Shown one piece after another: positions 26,616-35,878 of a stretch of DNA of 57,126 nt (positions are counted from its first letter, which is position 1; each line of letters starts with the position of its first letter). Both the position numbers and the translations under genes were made by a program. Below the pieces are notes generated by a model, which saw only the letters and a program-made list of their open reading frames with translations, did not search any database and had not been told where the DNA came from. This DNA is from Eubacteriales bacterium. GTDB lineage: Bacteria; Bacillota; Clostridia; Oscillospirales; CAG-272. The stretch lies in contig JAZORZ010000056.1 in the NCBI GenBank assembly GCA_045656885.1, forward strand, positions 1 through 57,126. The letters are read 5' to 3'.

Positions 26616-28193
26616 TCAATTTTCTTTTTCTTCACCCAACGAATCTGTCACGGTAACAAGCGCCTTTCTTTCGTAGCAAGAGAAGATCTCGTCGGTGTTC
26701 GCGGGAGCACTCTTTTGTGTCAACAGACTTACCACGGGAACGAGGATCAGCCCGCCCAACATTGCAAACACACCCGAGAAGAGGGAGTTTTTGAATACGA
26801 ACGAAAGCACGGGAATGGTTGCAACACTAAATACCTTCATTGAAATGAGCAACTGAACGATCTCAAGCCCTACGCCAAATACAAACGATGCCACAACGCC
26901 TGCTCGGGTGGTCTTCTTCCAGTACAAACCGTAGAGGAAGGGGGCAAGGAACGCGCCCGCGAGCGCCCCCCACGAAACGCCCATCATTTGTGCAATCAGC
27001 ATATTCTTGTTTTTGTATTGCATAATGGCAATCACCGCCGAAATAACGATAAATACTGCAATAAAGATACGAATGCAAAGCATCTGCTTCTTTTCATTCA
27101 GGGGCTTTTTCTTCTCGCAAAGGGGAGCAATAAAGTCAAGCGTTACCGTCGAGCTACTCGTCAATACAAGAGAGGAAAGCGTCGACATCGAAGCCGAGAG
27201 CACCAACACAATGACGATTGCAATAATGATTGTGGGGAGTGTAGAGAGCATTGTGGGAATGATAGCATCAAAGTCACCTTTCGCTACCGCATCGCCTACG
27301 TTGTAAAGACGTCCAAAGCCGCCAAGGAAGTAGCAGCCGCCTGCAACGATCACCGCAAAAATTGTGGAAATGACCGTGCCTTTCTTAATGGCGTCCTCGT
27401 CCTTAATGGCGTAGAACTTGCCCACCATTTGCGGCAGTCCCCAAGTACCCAGAGAGGTCAAAAGAACTACAAAGAGCAAGAAAACAGGGTCTGCACCAAA
27501 GAAAGAAGCATACTCCCAACCGCCATTCTCGCTTGTGGCGAGTTTTTCAATAGCGGCATCAAGACCACCGTGCGTGTTCAGCACCGAGCCAATGACGGCA
27601 ACAATGCCCACAAGCATAATAAGACCTTGAATAAAATCGTTGATGGCCGTTGCAACGTAACCGCCGATCAGCACGTAAATACCCGTCAGCACCGCCATCA
27701 CAATCACACAAACGGCGTAGTCAATGCCCTCATACGCCATAGTGAACAAACGCGAAAGTCCGTTGTAAAGGGATGCGGTGTAGGGAATAAGGAAAACAAA
27801 CGTAATGCAGGATGCCGCAATTTTGAGCCCGTTTGAAGAAAAACGGTTGCCAAAAAAGTCGGGCATTGTGCGAGAACCGAGGTGTTGCGTCATCACGCGC
27901 GTGCGGCGACCGAGCACCACCCAAGCCAGGAGAGAACCGATAAAGGCGTTACCAAGACCGATCCAAGTCGAAGCCAGACCAAAGTTCCAGCCAAACTGTC
28001 CCGCATATCCAACAAAGATAACCGCCGAAAAGTAGGATGTGCCAAAGGCAAATGCCGTGAGCCAAGGACCGATCGAGCGACCGCCAAGCACAAATCCGCC
28101 AACGTCGGTGGAGTGTTTACGGCAATAGATTCCAATACCGATCATAACCCCAAAAAATACGACCAATAATGCTGTGATGATAAAAGTGTCCAT
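26616..28193 (-). CDS. Sodium:solute symporter family transporter (PutP/PanF-like)
   Basis: 525 aa from MDTFIITALLVVFFG (ATG at 28193, AAAGGAG RBS). FVLGGRSIGPWLTAFAFGTSYFSA is typical of the SSF family. The track ORF extension to 28250 reads through a repeat element. Confidence 0.88.
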   Translation of the reverse strand: MDTFIITALLVVFFGVMIGIGIYCRKHSTDVGGFVLGGRSIGPWLTAFAFGTSYFSAVIFVGYAGQFGWNFGLASTWIGLGNAFIGSLLAWVVLGRRTRVMTQHLGSRTMPDFFGNRFSSNGLKIAASCITFVFLIPYTASLYNGLSRLFTMAYEGIDYAVCVIVMAVLTGIYVLIGGYVATAINDFIQGLIMLVGIVAVIGSVLNTHGGLDAAIEKLATSENGGWEYASFFGADPVFLLFVVLLTSLGTWGLPQMVGKFYAIKDEDAIKKGTVISTIFAVIVAGGCYFLGGFGRLYNVGDAVAKGDFDAIIPTMLSTLPTIIIAIVIVLVLSASMSTLSSLVLTSSSTVTLDFIAPLCEKKKPLNEKKQMLCIRIFIAVFIVISAVIAIMQYKNKNMLIAQMMGVSWGALAGAFLAPFLYGLYWKKTTRAGVVASFVFGVGLEIVQLLISMKVFSVATIPVLSFVFKNSLFSGVFAMLGGLILVPVVSLLTQKSAPANTDEIFSCYERKALVTVTDSLGEEKEN

Positions 28194-28236
28194 AATAAAA
28201 TCTCCTTTGCTTTTTTTGAGCACCACTGCTTTTTTG

Positions 28237-28288
28237 CCTCCCCTGTGCAAGGGGAGGTGGCTGCCGTAGGCAGTCGGAAGGGTTGTAA
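28237..28288. repeat. Third copy of the two-hairpin GC-rich repeat (inside the symporter 5' UTR)
   Basis: cctcccctgtgcaaggggagg-tgg-ctgccgtaggcag-tcggaagggttgtaa aligns with 120-175. The second hairpin is kept by compensatory changes. Confidence 0.8.
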
Positions 28289-28294
28289 GAAAAT

Positions 28295-28578
28295 CAAAAA
28301 AGCCCTCCGAGTAATATACTCGGAGGACGAAAATACTTTCGTGTTACCACCTCTGTTCGCCTAAACCTCACGGGATAGACCTCATCGGGTACCATCATAC
28401 CCTATGCCCGTAACGGAGCAACCCGTTGCAACTTACTCATCCACAAAGTGATTTTCGATGCAAAGCTCGCGGAGTGTATTTCCAAAACAGTCCCGTTACT
28501 GCCTCGCACCAAACGGCAGCTCTCTGTGCACGCGGAGTGTTCCGTACTTGATTTCCGGTCATCGCCTTTTTGTATTAT
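28295..28578 (-). promoter_or_regulatory. T-box riboswitch leader with terminator/antiterminator
   Basis: Minus strand shows a GCGAUGA K-turn, AGUA, an AGAGAG bulge and GGUGCGA distal loop, and a specifier-loop GAAAUACAC. The T-box sequence AGAGGUGGUAACACGAAAG...UUCGUCCUCCGAG overlaps the terminator cctccgag-tatatta-ctcggagg followed by a T-run. Confidence 0.85.
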
Positions 28579-28584
28579 GCACCT

Positions 28585-28612
28585 ATTATACCACGAAATT
28601 TTGCTTTGTCAA
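28585..28612 (-). promoter_or_regulatory. Consensus promoter driving the T-box leader
   Basis: Minus strand TTGACA (28612-28607), 16-nt spacer, TATAAT (28590-28585). Confidence 0.75.
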
Positions 28613-28687
28613 CCCCTTTTTTGCATTTTTATACAATTTTTTAGGGGCAAAGCGGGAATCGTGCAATATGTGCATTTTTGAAGCGTT

Positions 28688-29602
28688 TTATAAAACAAAC
28701 ATCTTAATTGCCTTAACGGCAACGCCGTCGCGGAACTCGCCAACCTCGCCAAGGGCGAAGAAAGCACCGTTTTGGTCACACATCGAAACGCGCGTACCGA
28801 GAGGGAAGGAAAGCCCCAACTTTTTGAGATAGATCTCACAACCGCTGCGCGAGAGTTTTTCAAAAAAGGCGGAGAGTCGAACCTCGGGCAAATTGGCAAA
28901 CAGCTTTTCGGTGGGAATGAGCAAAGCCGCACGTTCTTCCTCACGCATTGCTTCTATTTCTTCCACGGTATGCGCCATTGAGAGGTCAAAACCGCATGCC
29001 TCACCGCGCTCTAAAGCCGCCATAGCACCGCCACAACCAAGAGCCGCACCAATGTCGGCGCAAAGCGTGCGAATATAGGTGCCGCCCGAGCAGTGTACGT
29101 CAAGAATATACTCGCTTGCATTTTCGGTAGGTGTTGCTTCAAGCGAAAAGATCTCAATCTTTCTCGCCTCGCGCTCAATTACCTCACCGCGACGTGCAAG
29201 GTCAACAAGCTTTTGTCCGTCTACCTTCAGGGCACTGTACATCGGCGGTGTTTGCAATATCTCGCCGCGAAAACGGGGAAGGACTGCTTGCAATTCTTCA
29301 TTTGTGGGAATGGCCTCCGATGTTGTCAAAACCGTACCCGTGGTATCCTCGGTGTCGGTAGTCAACCCCAATTTCAGGGTGGCGCGGTAGTGTTTGTTGT
29401 CGTGCGAAAGATATTCCGATGCCTTTGCCGCACGACCGACAAGCACCACAAGCACACCCGTTGCCATGGGGTCAAGCGTGCCCGCATGCCCAACACGGCG
29501 TGTATTGTAAAGACGGCGCACTGCCCCCACAATATTGTGCGAGGTCACGCCTGCGTGCTTGTGAACGATGAGCACGCCGTTGGGTTCTTGCATCATAGCC
29601 AA
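28688..29602 (-). CDS. truB: tRNA pseudouridine(55) synthase
   Basis: 304 aa. HKHAGVTSHNIV...GHAGTLDPMATGVLVVLVG catalytic Asp motif. Confidence 0.93.
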   Translation of the reverse strand: MAMMQEPNGVLIVHKHAGVTSHNIVGAVRRLYNTRRVGHAGTLDPMATGVLVVLVGRAAKASEYLSHDNKHYRATLKLGLTTDTEDTTGTVLTTSEAIPTNEELQAVLPRFRGEILQTPPMYSALKVDGQKLVDLARRGEVIEREARKIEIFSLEATPTENASEYILDVHCSGGTYIRTLCADIGAALGCGGAMAALERGEACGFDLSMAHTVEEIEAMREEERAALLIPTEKLFANLPEVRLSAFFEKLSRSGCEIYLKKLGLSFPLGTRVSMCDQNGAFFALGEVGEFRDGVAVKAIKMFVL

Positions 29603-29611
29603 TTCCTTTCT

Positions 29612-30190
29612 TTACTTTTGAATCAAAATGTTTTCAAGCTTTCTTTTTTGCACGTAATGAACGCCACCCTCGCGGTAGTAGGTTACACTGCCGTCCTCGG
29701 CTTCACCCACTAATTCCACGCGCTCGTCGGGTTTACCGAGAGCCAAAACAAGTCGGGGAACAAGATTTTCACCAAGCGACAAAATTTCTGCAACTGCACC
29801 GGGGTCAAAAGAGCCGATCATACAGCCACCAAATCCGGCCTCGGCGGCGGCAAGCATAACCGTTTGCGCGCAAATGCCAACGTCCTTATCAAAGCTTTCT
29901 GCCGTGGGAACAACGTCCTTATCTGCACAAATCACAATATATGCCACCGGCGCGTGACCGTCTGGCGGGAGCTTCATATCCTTGATCTTACCCGCCCAAC
30001 GGGTGTTTGCAAGCAGACGCGCGCAAAGCGTTTCATCGGTTACGGCAACAAATTTGAGCATTTGCAAATTGATAGAGGATGGCGCATAGCGCACGCAGTC
30101 CACCCAATCGGCAAGCATCTCGTTTGTAATTTTTACGCTCTCGTCAAAGCTGCGATAGCTGCGAGAGGACAATAACAAATCCTTTAGCAT
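29612..30190 (-). CDS. Nitroreductase family protein
   Basis: 192 aa from MLKDLLLSSRSYRSF (typical nitroreductase N-terminal RSxR motif). Track ORF opens at 30238. Confidence 0.8.
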   Translation of the reverse strand: MLKDLLLSSRSYRSFDESVKITNEMLADWVDCVRYAPSSINLQMLKFVAVTDETLCARLLANTRWAGKIKDMKLPPDGHAPVAYIVICADKDVVPTAESFDKDVGICAQTVMLAAAEAGFGGCMIGSFDPGAVAEILSLGENLVPRLVLALGKPDERVELVGEAEDGSVTYYREGGVHYVQKRKLENILIQK

Positions 30191-30200
30191 AATTTTTCTC

Positions 30201-30848
30201 TCAAAAACGAACGCGAGCCGAATAAATGACTTGTCCAAGCTCGGAGAAGTGACGCTCGTATTCGGTCATCACGTTTTCGGCAGCCGCCTCTGAGGCGTGC
30301 AGATCGCGTGTTTGCCACTCAATGGTCAGACCCATTGCTTCAAACTCTTCCAAGCTGAAGTCAAACAAGCCCTCGTTGTCGGTTTTGAGGATCAAGAGCC
30401 CGTGCTCAGAGAGCAGAGAACGGTACAGTTCAAGAAAACCGCGATGTGTCAAGCGACGCTTGGCGTATCCCTTTTTGGGCCACGGATCACTGAAATTGAG
30501 ATAAATTCTATCAAAGGAGTGGGGCACAAAAAACTCGGTAAGATTTCTCGCGTCTCCAATGAGGAAACGCAAATTGTCGGGGCGAGTGTCCTTTGCCGCC
30601 ATTGCTTTCTCCAAAGCAAGGCAAGCCACGTCGGGAACGCGCTCCATAGCAATAAAGTTCAGGTTTTTGTGTTTAGCCGACATTCCAACGGCAAAATCGC
30701 CCTTGCCACAACCGATTTCAAGGCAAACGGGACGCTTGTCCGCAAAAAAAGACTGCGGGTCAGTAGCAGGTGTAATGGGAGAGGGGATCAAAATTTCGGA
30801 GCACGCGGCAATTCTCTCAGCACCGTGCTTTTTTCTTCTCATTCTCAT
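30201..30848 (-). CDS. trmB: tRNA (guanine46-N7)-methyltransferase
   Basis: 215 aa. LEIGCGKGDF SAM motif and NFSDPWPKK, typical of TrmB. Confidence 0.9.
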   Translation of the reverse strand: MRMRRKKHGAERIAACSEILIPSPITPATDPQSFFADKRPVCLEIGCGKGDFAVGMSAKHKNLNFIAMERVPDVACLALEKAMAAKDTRPDNLRFLIGDARNLTEFFVPHSFDRIYLNFSDPWPKKGYAKRRLTHRGFLELYRSLLSEHGLLILKTDNEGLFDFSLEEFEAMGLTIEWQTRDLHASEAAAENVMTEYERHFSELGQVIYSARVRF

Positions 30849-30884
30849 AGCTTGGTTTCCTTATGTTCAAAATAATTGTTTGTA

Positions 30885-31361
30885 TCAAAGGTCGCTATGC
30901 TTACGACCGTACATATAACCGCCAAAAATAGCGGCAGAATAAAAAACTGCAAAGAGTAGAGCAAAGGGGAACGGTTGAAAGAAAGTATACTCAACTACGC
31001 TTTCAACGCCCATTACACCATTGCAGAAGGATGTAACTGTTGTGAGTATAAGAAAAGGATTGGGTTTGAAAAGGGATCCAATCAATGCCCATAAAAGAGC
31101 AGGAGCAACAGAGCACAAGAGAATTTCCTTGGGAGTTGCCGCGCGAAACTCTCTTTTTCTTCCTTCCCATTTGAAAACGAAGAAAAGTGTTATCATTGTT
31201 CCAACACCGCCAATGATTCCAAAAAGTATGTTTTCGATATTTCTCGGAACAAGATTGCCGCGAAGGATATACAACGGGATCGAGCCGATCAAACCCCCCA
31301 TCCAAGCCGCACCCCAAACCTTGACTAAATTCAAGCCGATGGTTGCTAAATGCTTTTTCAT
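30885..31361 (-). CDS. Hypothetical integral membrane protein
   Basis: 158 aa, 4-5 predicted TM helices, lower GC. Confidence 0.5.
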   Translation of the reverse strand: MKKHLATIGLNLVKVWGAAWMGGLIGSIPLYILRGNLVPRNIENILFGIIGGVGTMITLFFVFKWEGRKREFRAATPKEILLCSVAPALLWALIGSLFKPNPFLILTTVTSFCNGVMGVESVVEYTFFQPFPFALLFAVFYSAAIFGGYMYGRKHSDL

Positions 31362-31458
31362 AAAATTTCCCCTTTTTAATGAGTCACCTTTATTATATCA
31401 AATAAAAAGAAAAAAAGCAACCAAAAACCAAATTTTTCTGCAGATTTTCTCGCATATA

Positions 31459-31486
31459 TTGACATTTTTCGCAATCGGTGTATAAT
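31459..31486 (+). promoter_or_regulatory. Orphan consensus-like promoter pointing antisense into the ACP gene
   Basis: TTGACA (31459-31464), 16-nt spacer, TATAAT (31481-31486). No plus-strand ORF follows. Confidence 0.35.
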
Positions 31487-31517
31487 GAAAGAGAGGTGTA
31501 CGGCAATATAAAAGCGA

Positions 31518-31546
31518 CCTCGGTGCTCCCGGGTCGCAATTATATG
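31518..31546 (-). terminator. Probable terminator of the ACP gene
   Basis: Minus strand gcgacc-cgggagcaccga-ggtcgc followed by ttttatatt. Confidence 0.55.
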
Positions 31547-31556
31547 CAGTATTCAA

Positions 31557-31790
31557 TTATTGATTGGTTGCGTTTTCTTCCAAGAACTTAACAACGTCGC
31601 CAACGTTTACGAATTTGAAAATATCCTCGTCTTTGATTTCAACGCCGAACTTATCTTCGCAAATCATAATCATATCAGCGAGCTCGATAGAATTGACGCC
31701 AAGGTCGTTTGCCAAGTCAGACTCAAGAGTGATTTCATCAGGGTTGAGTTGCAGCTCTTCTACGAGCAGGTTCTTCAGAGTTTCAAACAT
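31557..31790 (-). CDS. acpP: Acyl carrier protein (stand-alone)
   Basis: 77 aa, acidic. Ser attachment context DLGVNSIELADMIM. Confidence 0.85.
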   Translation of the reverse strand: MFETLKNLLVEELQLNPDEITLESDLANDLGVNSIELADMIMICEDKFGVEIKDEDIFKFVNVGDVVKFLEENATNQ

Positions 31791-31855
31791 AATTTTATGT
31801 CCTCCAACAAATTTTCTTTTTGAGGTAAAATATGGCGCTTTGCGCCACCTCGTAC

Positions 31856-31884
31856 ATTATACAATAAAAAGTGCGTTTTGTCAA
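31856..31884 (-). promoter_or_regulatory. Consensus promoter of the stand-alone ACP gene
   Basis: Minus strand TTGACA (31884-31879), 17-nt spacer, TATAAT (31861-31856). Confidence 0.65.
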
Positions 31885-31967
31885 GAATTATTTTCCGTTA
31901 TTCGACAAAAATAGGCAAAAGAATTGCGGTTTTTACCGTTTTTCATTGAATTTTAGATAAAAAGGGG

Positions 31968-34235
31968 GTGCTTTTGGTGCATATTTTTAAGGAAAGACCA
32001 CTGGCTTTGGCTTGTTGTGCCTTTGCCGCGGCGGCTGTTCTCGGGCGTTCTATGTCCTCCATTGTTCAATTGATATGCATCATCCTCTCGGTTTTAGCAC
32101 TTCTTGTCCTCGTTTTTCTGTTTGTTAAGACCAAAAAGCGCACACTTTTTCTCTCCCTTGCCCTTGCCCTTGCCGTTCTCTTGGCGTGGCTTTCTTCCTA
32201 TCTTTTCTTCCATGTTCGCTATCAAAATTGGCAAGATCGCATAGGCGAAGAATGCACAGTAGAAGGAATTGTTTTGGAGCGCGAGGTGGGCAAACCCTAC
32301 CAAAGCGTGCTGACTGCCGAGATCCACAACATTAACGGCAAGCCCTGCCGTGCCGACGTGCGATTGGTATTCACCTATGCCACCAGCTTGCAGGTGGGCG
32401 ACTCCTTCCGCCTTACGGGTACGGGCGCCCCTTTTGAAACAAAATATATGGAGAACGAAGAGACCAACGCCCTCAAGGACGGAATTCTTCTTTGTATCAC
32501 GAGCGATGATATGCACAACTGCGAGTTGATCGAGAGCGATAAATTTTCTCTTCGAGCAACGCTCTCGCGCTGGAACTTTGCTGCTTCTTACCGCTTGGAG
32601 CAAAGCATCGGTGGGGAAGCAGGCAGGTTTGCCGCGGCGCTTTTGCTCGGCTCGCGTGACCACCTTTCGGGAGATACGGATTTACACTTCCGTCGCGCGG
32701 GTGTTTCCCACATTTTAGCGCTCAGCGGTATGCACATCACCATTCTCATGTTCGTCTTGGAGAATTTTTTGCGTGCCGTCGCGTGTCCAAAGCGCATTCG
32801 CGCGATTACTGTTTTTATCATTGCATTTGGATATCTCTTCTTCACAGGCGCCTCTCCCTCAATCGCCCGTGCCGTGCTGATGCTCGGTGTCCTGACTGTC
32901 GGATATTATTGGAATACCGATTACGACTCAATTACCTCTGTCAGTGTTGTTCTGGCAATGATGCTGCTGATTTCCCCCAACGCGGTGTTGGATATCGGCA
33001 TGTGGCTCTCTTTTGTTGCCACCGCCGCAATCATTGTCTTTTTGCCCGCATTTGATAACGTGCAAGAGCTTCTCTATACCAAATTGACGCTATCTTCCAA
33101 ATGGATAAAAGCCATTTCTGCCACCGTTACCGCTGTCATTGTTGGTCTGGCGTCCAACCTCGCACTCTTGTATTTACAAGCACGGTTCTTTGGCGAGGTG
33201 TCATTGGCTTCTGTTCCTGCAACTTTGGCACTTTCTATTCCCACAACGCTGTTGCTCATCCTTTCCGCCATAACCTTTGCTATTCCGCCCGTCGGAGCGG
33301 TTGCCGCCCTTATGGGAGATGCATCGCTTACCATCACCGAATGGTTTTCGGGTATTGAGGGAATACTCATACCACTGAACGATATTTTCTCACAAATTTG
33401 CGCATTCTTGGCTCTGTTTGCCCTGATTTTTATATCTGTTGCCAAGCTCAAAAACGTCAAAAAGTGGCTCCTTTTGCCTCTTGCGCTTTCATTTGTCACC
33501 GTCCTGACCTCTCTTGCCGTTACGCATCTGCCCAACCGTGGAACATCCTTCTCGTTCGTCCATTCAAGCGGTGGAGACCTGATCCTTTTCACCAACAAGG
33601 GGCGGAGTGTTGCTGTTGACTTTGCCGACGGCACGGCAACGGGCGGCATGCAAGTCGTGGACATTGCTACCGAATTGAGGTGTACCGAGCTCGATGACCT
33701 GATATTAACACACTATCACAACCGTGATACTTATTTTATCGCATCTATGGCGCGGCGCATACGTGTCAAAACCTTACATTTGCCGCACCCCATCAACGAG
33801 GAGGAGCGCGCCATTGCCAACCAACTCACAAAAGAGGCGGAGCGTCACGGCATGCGCGTGGTATTCGGTGCTGAAGATCTCGCCATAGACGGCTTGGAGG
33901 TTCTTGCATTTGAGCACACCACTATGCCGCACGAGCGACACGATGCACTCCTTTTTAGTGTTTCGGTAAATGGGGAAGTTTTTACTTACATCAACGGCTC
34001 TGTTCCGCAGTCTCCGATAGAAGAAAAGATGCACCAAATGCTCAATGCCGCCAAATACGTCATCGTGGGGGATACGGGCTTTGCAAATTCCGAAAGCACC
34101 ACCGTTCCGCATCTGTGGCAGGAGCACGAGGCAGTCTACGTTACCGAGGAAAAGCTGCTCCGCTTTATCGAGAACGCCAATATCTTTTCTAACATCGTCC
34201 GCGTAGTCGACCCCATCACCTTTTTTGTAAAATAA
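31968..34235 (+). CDS. comEC: DNA internalization competence protein ComEC/Rec2
   Basis: 755 aa. Multi-TM competence domain (GVSHILALSGMHI) plus a C-terminal metallo-beta-lactamase-like domain (LILTHYHNRD). Exact start uncertain (GTG 31968 / 31977). Confidence 0.88.
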   Translation: MLLVHIFKERPLALACCAFAAAAVLGRSMSSIVQLICIILSVLALLVLVFLFVKTKKRTLFLSLALALAVLLAWLSSYLFFHVRYQNWQDRIGEECTVEGIVLEREVGKPYQSVLTAEIHNINGKPCRADVRLVFTYATSLQVGDSFRLTGTGAPFETKYMENEETNALKDGILLCITSDDMHNCELIESDKFSLRATLSRWNFAASYRLEQSIGGEAGRFAAALLLGSRDHLSGDTDLHFRRAGVSHILALSGMHITILMFVLENFLRAVACPKRIRAITVFIIAFGYLFFTGASPSIARAVLMLGVLTVGYYWNTDYDSITSVSVVLAMMLLISPNAVLDIGMWLSFVATAAIIVFLPAFDNVQELLYTKLTLSSKWIKAISATVTAVIVGLASNLALLYLQARFFGEVSLASVPATLALSIPTTLLLILSAITFAIPPVGAVAALMGDASLTITEWFSGIEGILIPLNDIFSQICAFLALFALIFISVAKLKNVKKWLLLPLALSFVTVLTSLAVTHLPNRGTSFSFVHSSGGDLILFTNKGRSVAVDFADGTATGGMQVVDIATELRCTELDDLILTHYHNRDTYFIASMARRIRVKTLHLPHPINEEERAIANQLTKEAERHGMRVVFGAEDLAIDGLEVLAFEHTTMPHERHDALLFSVSVNGEVFTYINGSVPQSPIEEKMHQMLNAAKYVIVGDTGFANSESTTVPHLWQEHEAVYVTEEKLLRFIENANIFSNIVRVVDPITFFVK

Positions 34236-34309
34236 GTCCTGTTTCTGTGTCGAAACAGGGCTTTTTTCATATACTGACAATATATCGAATGCAGTCGGGA
34301 GGCACAAAA

Positions 34310-35191
34310 ATGCAAGAGTATGTTGTTGCGGTTTTGGGGGGAGATAAAAGAATGGATTTTGCAGCACGTGAGCTTGCACGCCGTGGCTATGCGGTGCGCG
34401 AGTGGGGCAGAAGCGATGGCGACAGTGTCACCGCCTTTGCCAGGATCGCGCGCGAGTGGCTCGCGGATGTCGACGCACTGATGCTCCCGCTCCCAACCTC
34501 TTTTGACGGCGCGCATCTTTCAACTCCGTTGCTCAAAGAGTGCGAAAAGCTGCGCATGGAAACGCTTTTTTGTGCTGCACCCGATAAGGTGTGGCTGGCC
34601 GGTCGCTTTAGTGAGAGCTTGCGAGTGCGCGCAGACCGCGAAGGCATTTGTTGGATCGACTATTTTGACGAGGAGATCCTGCAGCTCAAAAACGCACTCC
34701 CCACCGCCGAGAGCGCGATCGAGATCGCTATGCGCGAGCTCCCCGTAGTGCTTGACGGCACAAAGGTCGCCATCATCGGCTATGGTAGAATCGGCGAGGT
34801 CCTTGCCGCAAAGCTTGCTCTTTTGGGGGCAGAGGTTACCGTTTATGCACGCCGTCCCGACGTTTGCACACGCGCCGAATTGATGGGGCACAAATCCATG
34901 CGAATTTTGCAGGAAGTCCCTCTCTTAATAGAAGCAGACACGCGCGTTATTTTCAACACCGTTCCGCACCGCCTGTTTGACCGCGCGACTTTGCAAAAGC
35001 TCCCCAAGAGCTGCCTGATCATTGATCTCGCATCCGCCCCCGGCGGTGTAGATACGGCAGCGGCAGAGGAGCTGGGGATTCGATCCATCTGGGCAACCGC
35101 ACTCCCCGGTAAATACGCACCCGAAAGCGCAGGCATCATCCTCGGCGAAACGGCGCATTCGATTTTGCAGGACGCTCCATGGCGTTCTTGA
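34310..35191 (+). CDS. dpaA: Dipicolinate synthase subunit A
   Basis: ATG at 34310 after GGGAGG. MQEYVVAVLGGDKRM N-terminus and an NAD-binding GYGRIG motif, as in SpoVFA. Confidence 0.85.
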   Translation: MQEYVVAVLGGDKRMDFAARELARRGYAVREWGRSDGDSVTAFARIAREWLADVDALMLPLPTSFDGAHLSTPLLKECEKLRMETLFCAAPDKVWLAGRFSESLRVRADREGICWIDYFDEEILQLKNALPTAESAIEIAMRELPVVLDGTKVAIIGYGRIGEVLAAKLALLGAEVTVYARRPDVCTRAELMGHKSMRILQEVPLLIEADTRVIFNTVPHRLFDRATLQKLPKSCLIIDLASAPGGVDTAAAEELGIRSIWATALPGKYAPESAGIILGETAHSILQDAPWRS

Positions 35192-35221
35192 CTTTTTGAG
35201 AGAGGAAACGGGTAAAATACC

Positions 35222-35782
35222 ATGCTTGGATATGCTTTGTGCGGCTCGTTTTGCACGCACGCGCAATCACTCAAAGAACTAAAAAACTTAATTGCGGCCG
35301 GCTACGAGGTGCAACCCATCGTCAGCGAGACCGTTTACACCACCGATACACGCTTTGGAACGGCACAAAATTTGCAAAGGGAATTAGAAATGCTTTGCAA
35401 CCGTTCCGTCATACACACCGTTCCCGAGGCAGAGCCGCTCGGTCCCAAGATCTCGCTCGATGCCCTCATCGTAGCCCCCTGCACGGGCAACACCTTGGCA
35501 AAAATGGCAAACGGCATTACCGATACGGCAGTTACCATGGCGGCAAAGGCGCACCTGCGGTGTGACCGACCAATGATCTTGGCTTTGGCTTCCAACGATG
35601 CACTGTCTGCAAATCTGAAAAACATTGCCACAATGCTCTCGCGCAAATGCGTCTACTTTGTGCCAATGCATCAGGACGATCCCGAAAAAAAGCCACACTC
35701 CCTCGTGGCAGATTTTTCACTCCTGACACCAACCCTCGAGGCGGCTTTTCGAGGCAAGCAATGCCGCAAACTATTCTTGTAA
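35222..35782 (+). CDS. dpaB: Dipicolinate synthase subunit B (flavoprotein)
   Basis: 186 aa. GYALCGSFCT N-terminus and APCTGNTLAKMANGITDT, typical of SpoVFB. Confidence 0.88.
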   Translation: MLGYALCGSFCTHAQSLKELKNLIAAGYEVQPIVSETVYTTDTRFGTAQNLQRELEMLCNRSVIHTVPEAEPLGPKISLDALIVAPCTGNTLAKMANGITDTAVTMAAKAHLRCDRPMILALASNDALSANLKNIATMLSRKCVYFVPMHQDDPEKKPHSLVADFSLLTPTLEAAFRGKQCRKLFL

Positions 35783-35878
35783 AATAGGAAAGCACGGCAA
35801 CCGCTTTGGATGTCGTGCTTTTTGCATATCTGTGAAAAAGGGTACATAGGTTGTAAAAAAGGGAACAGGGAGAATTTT

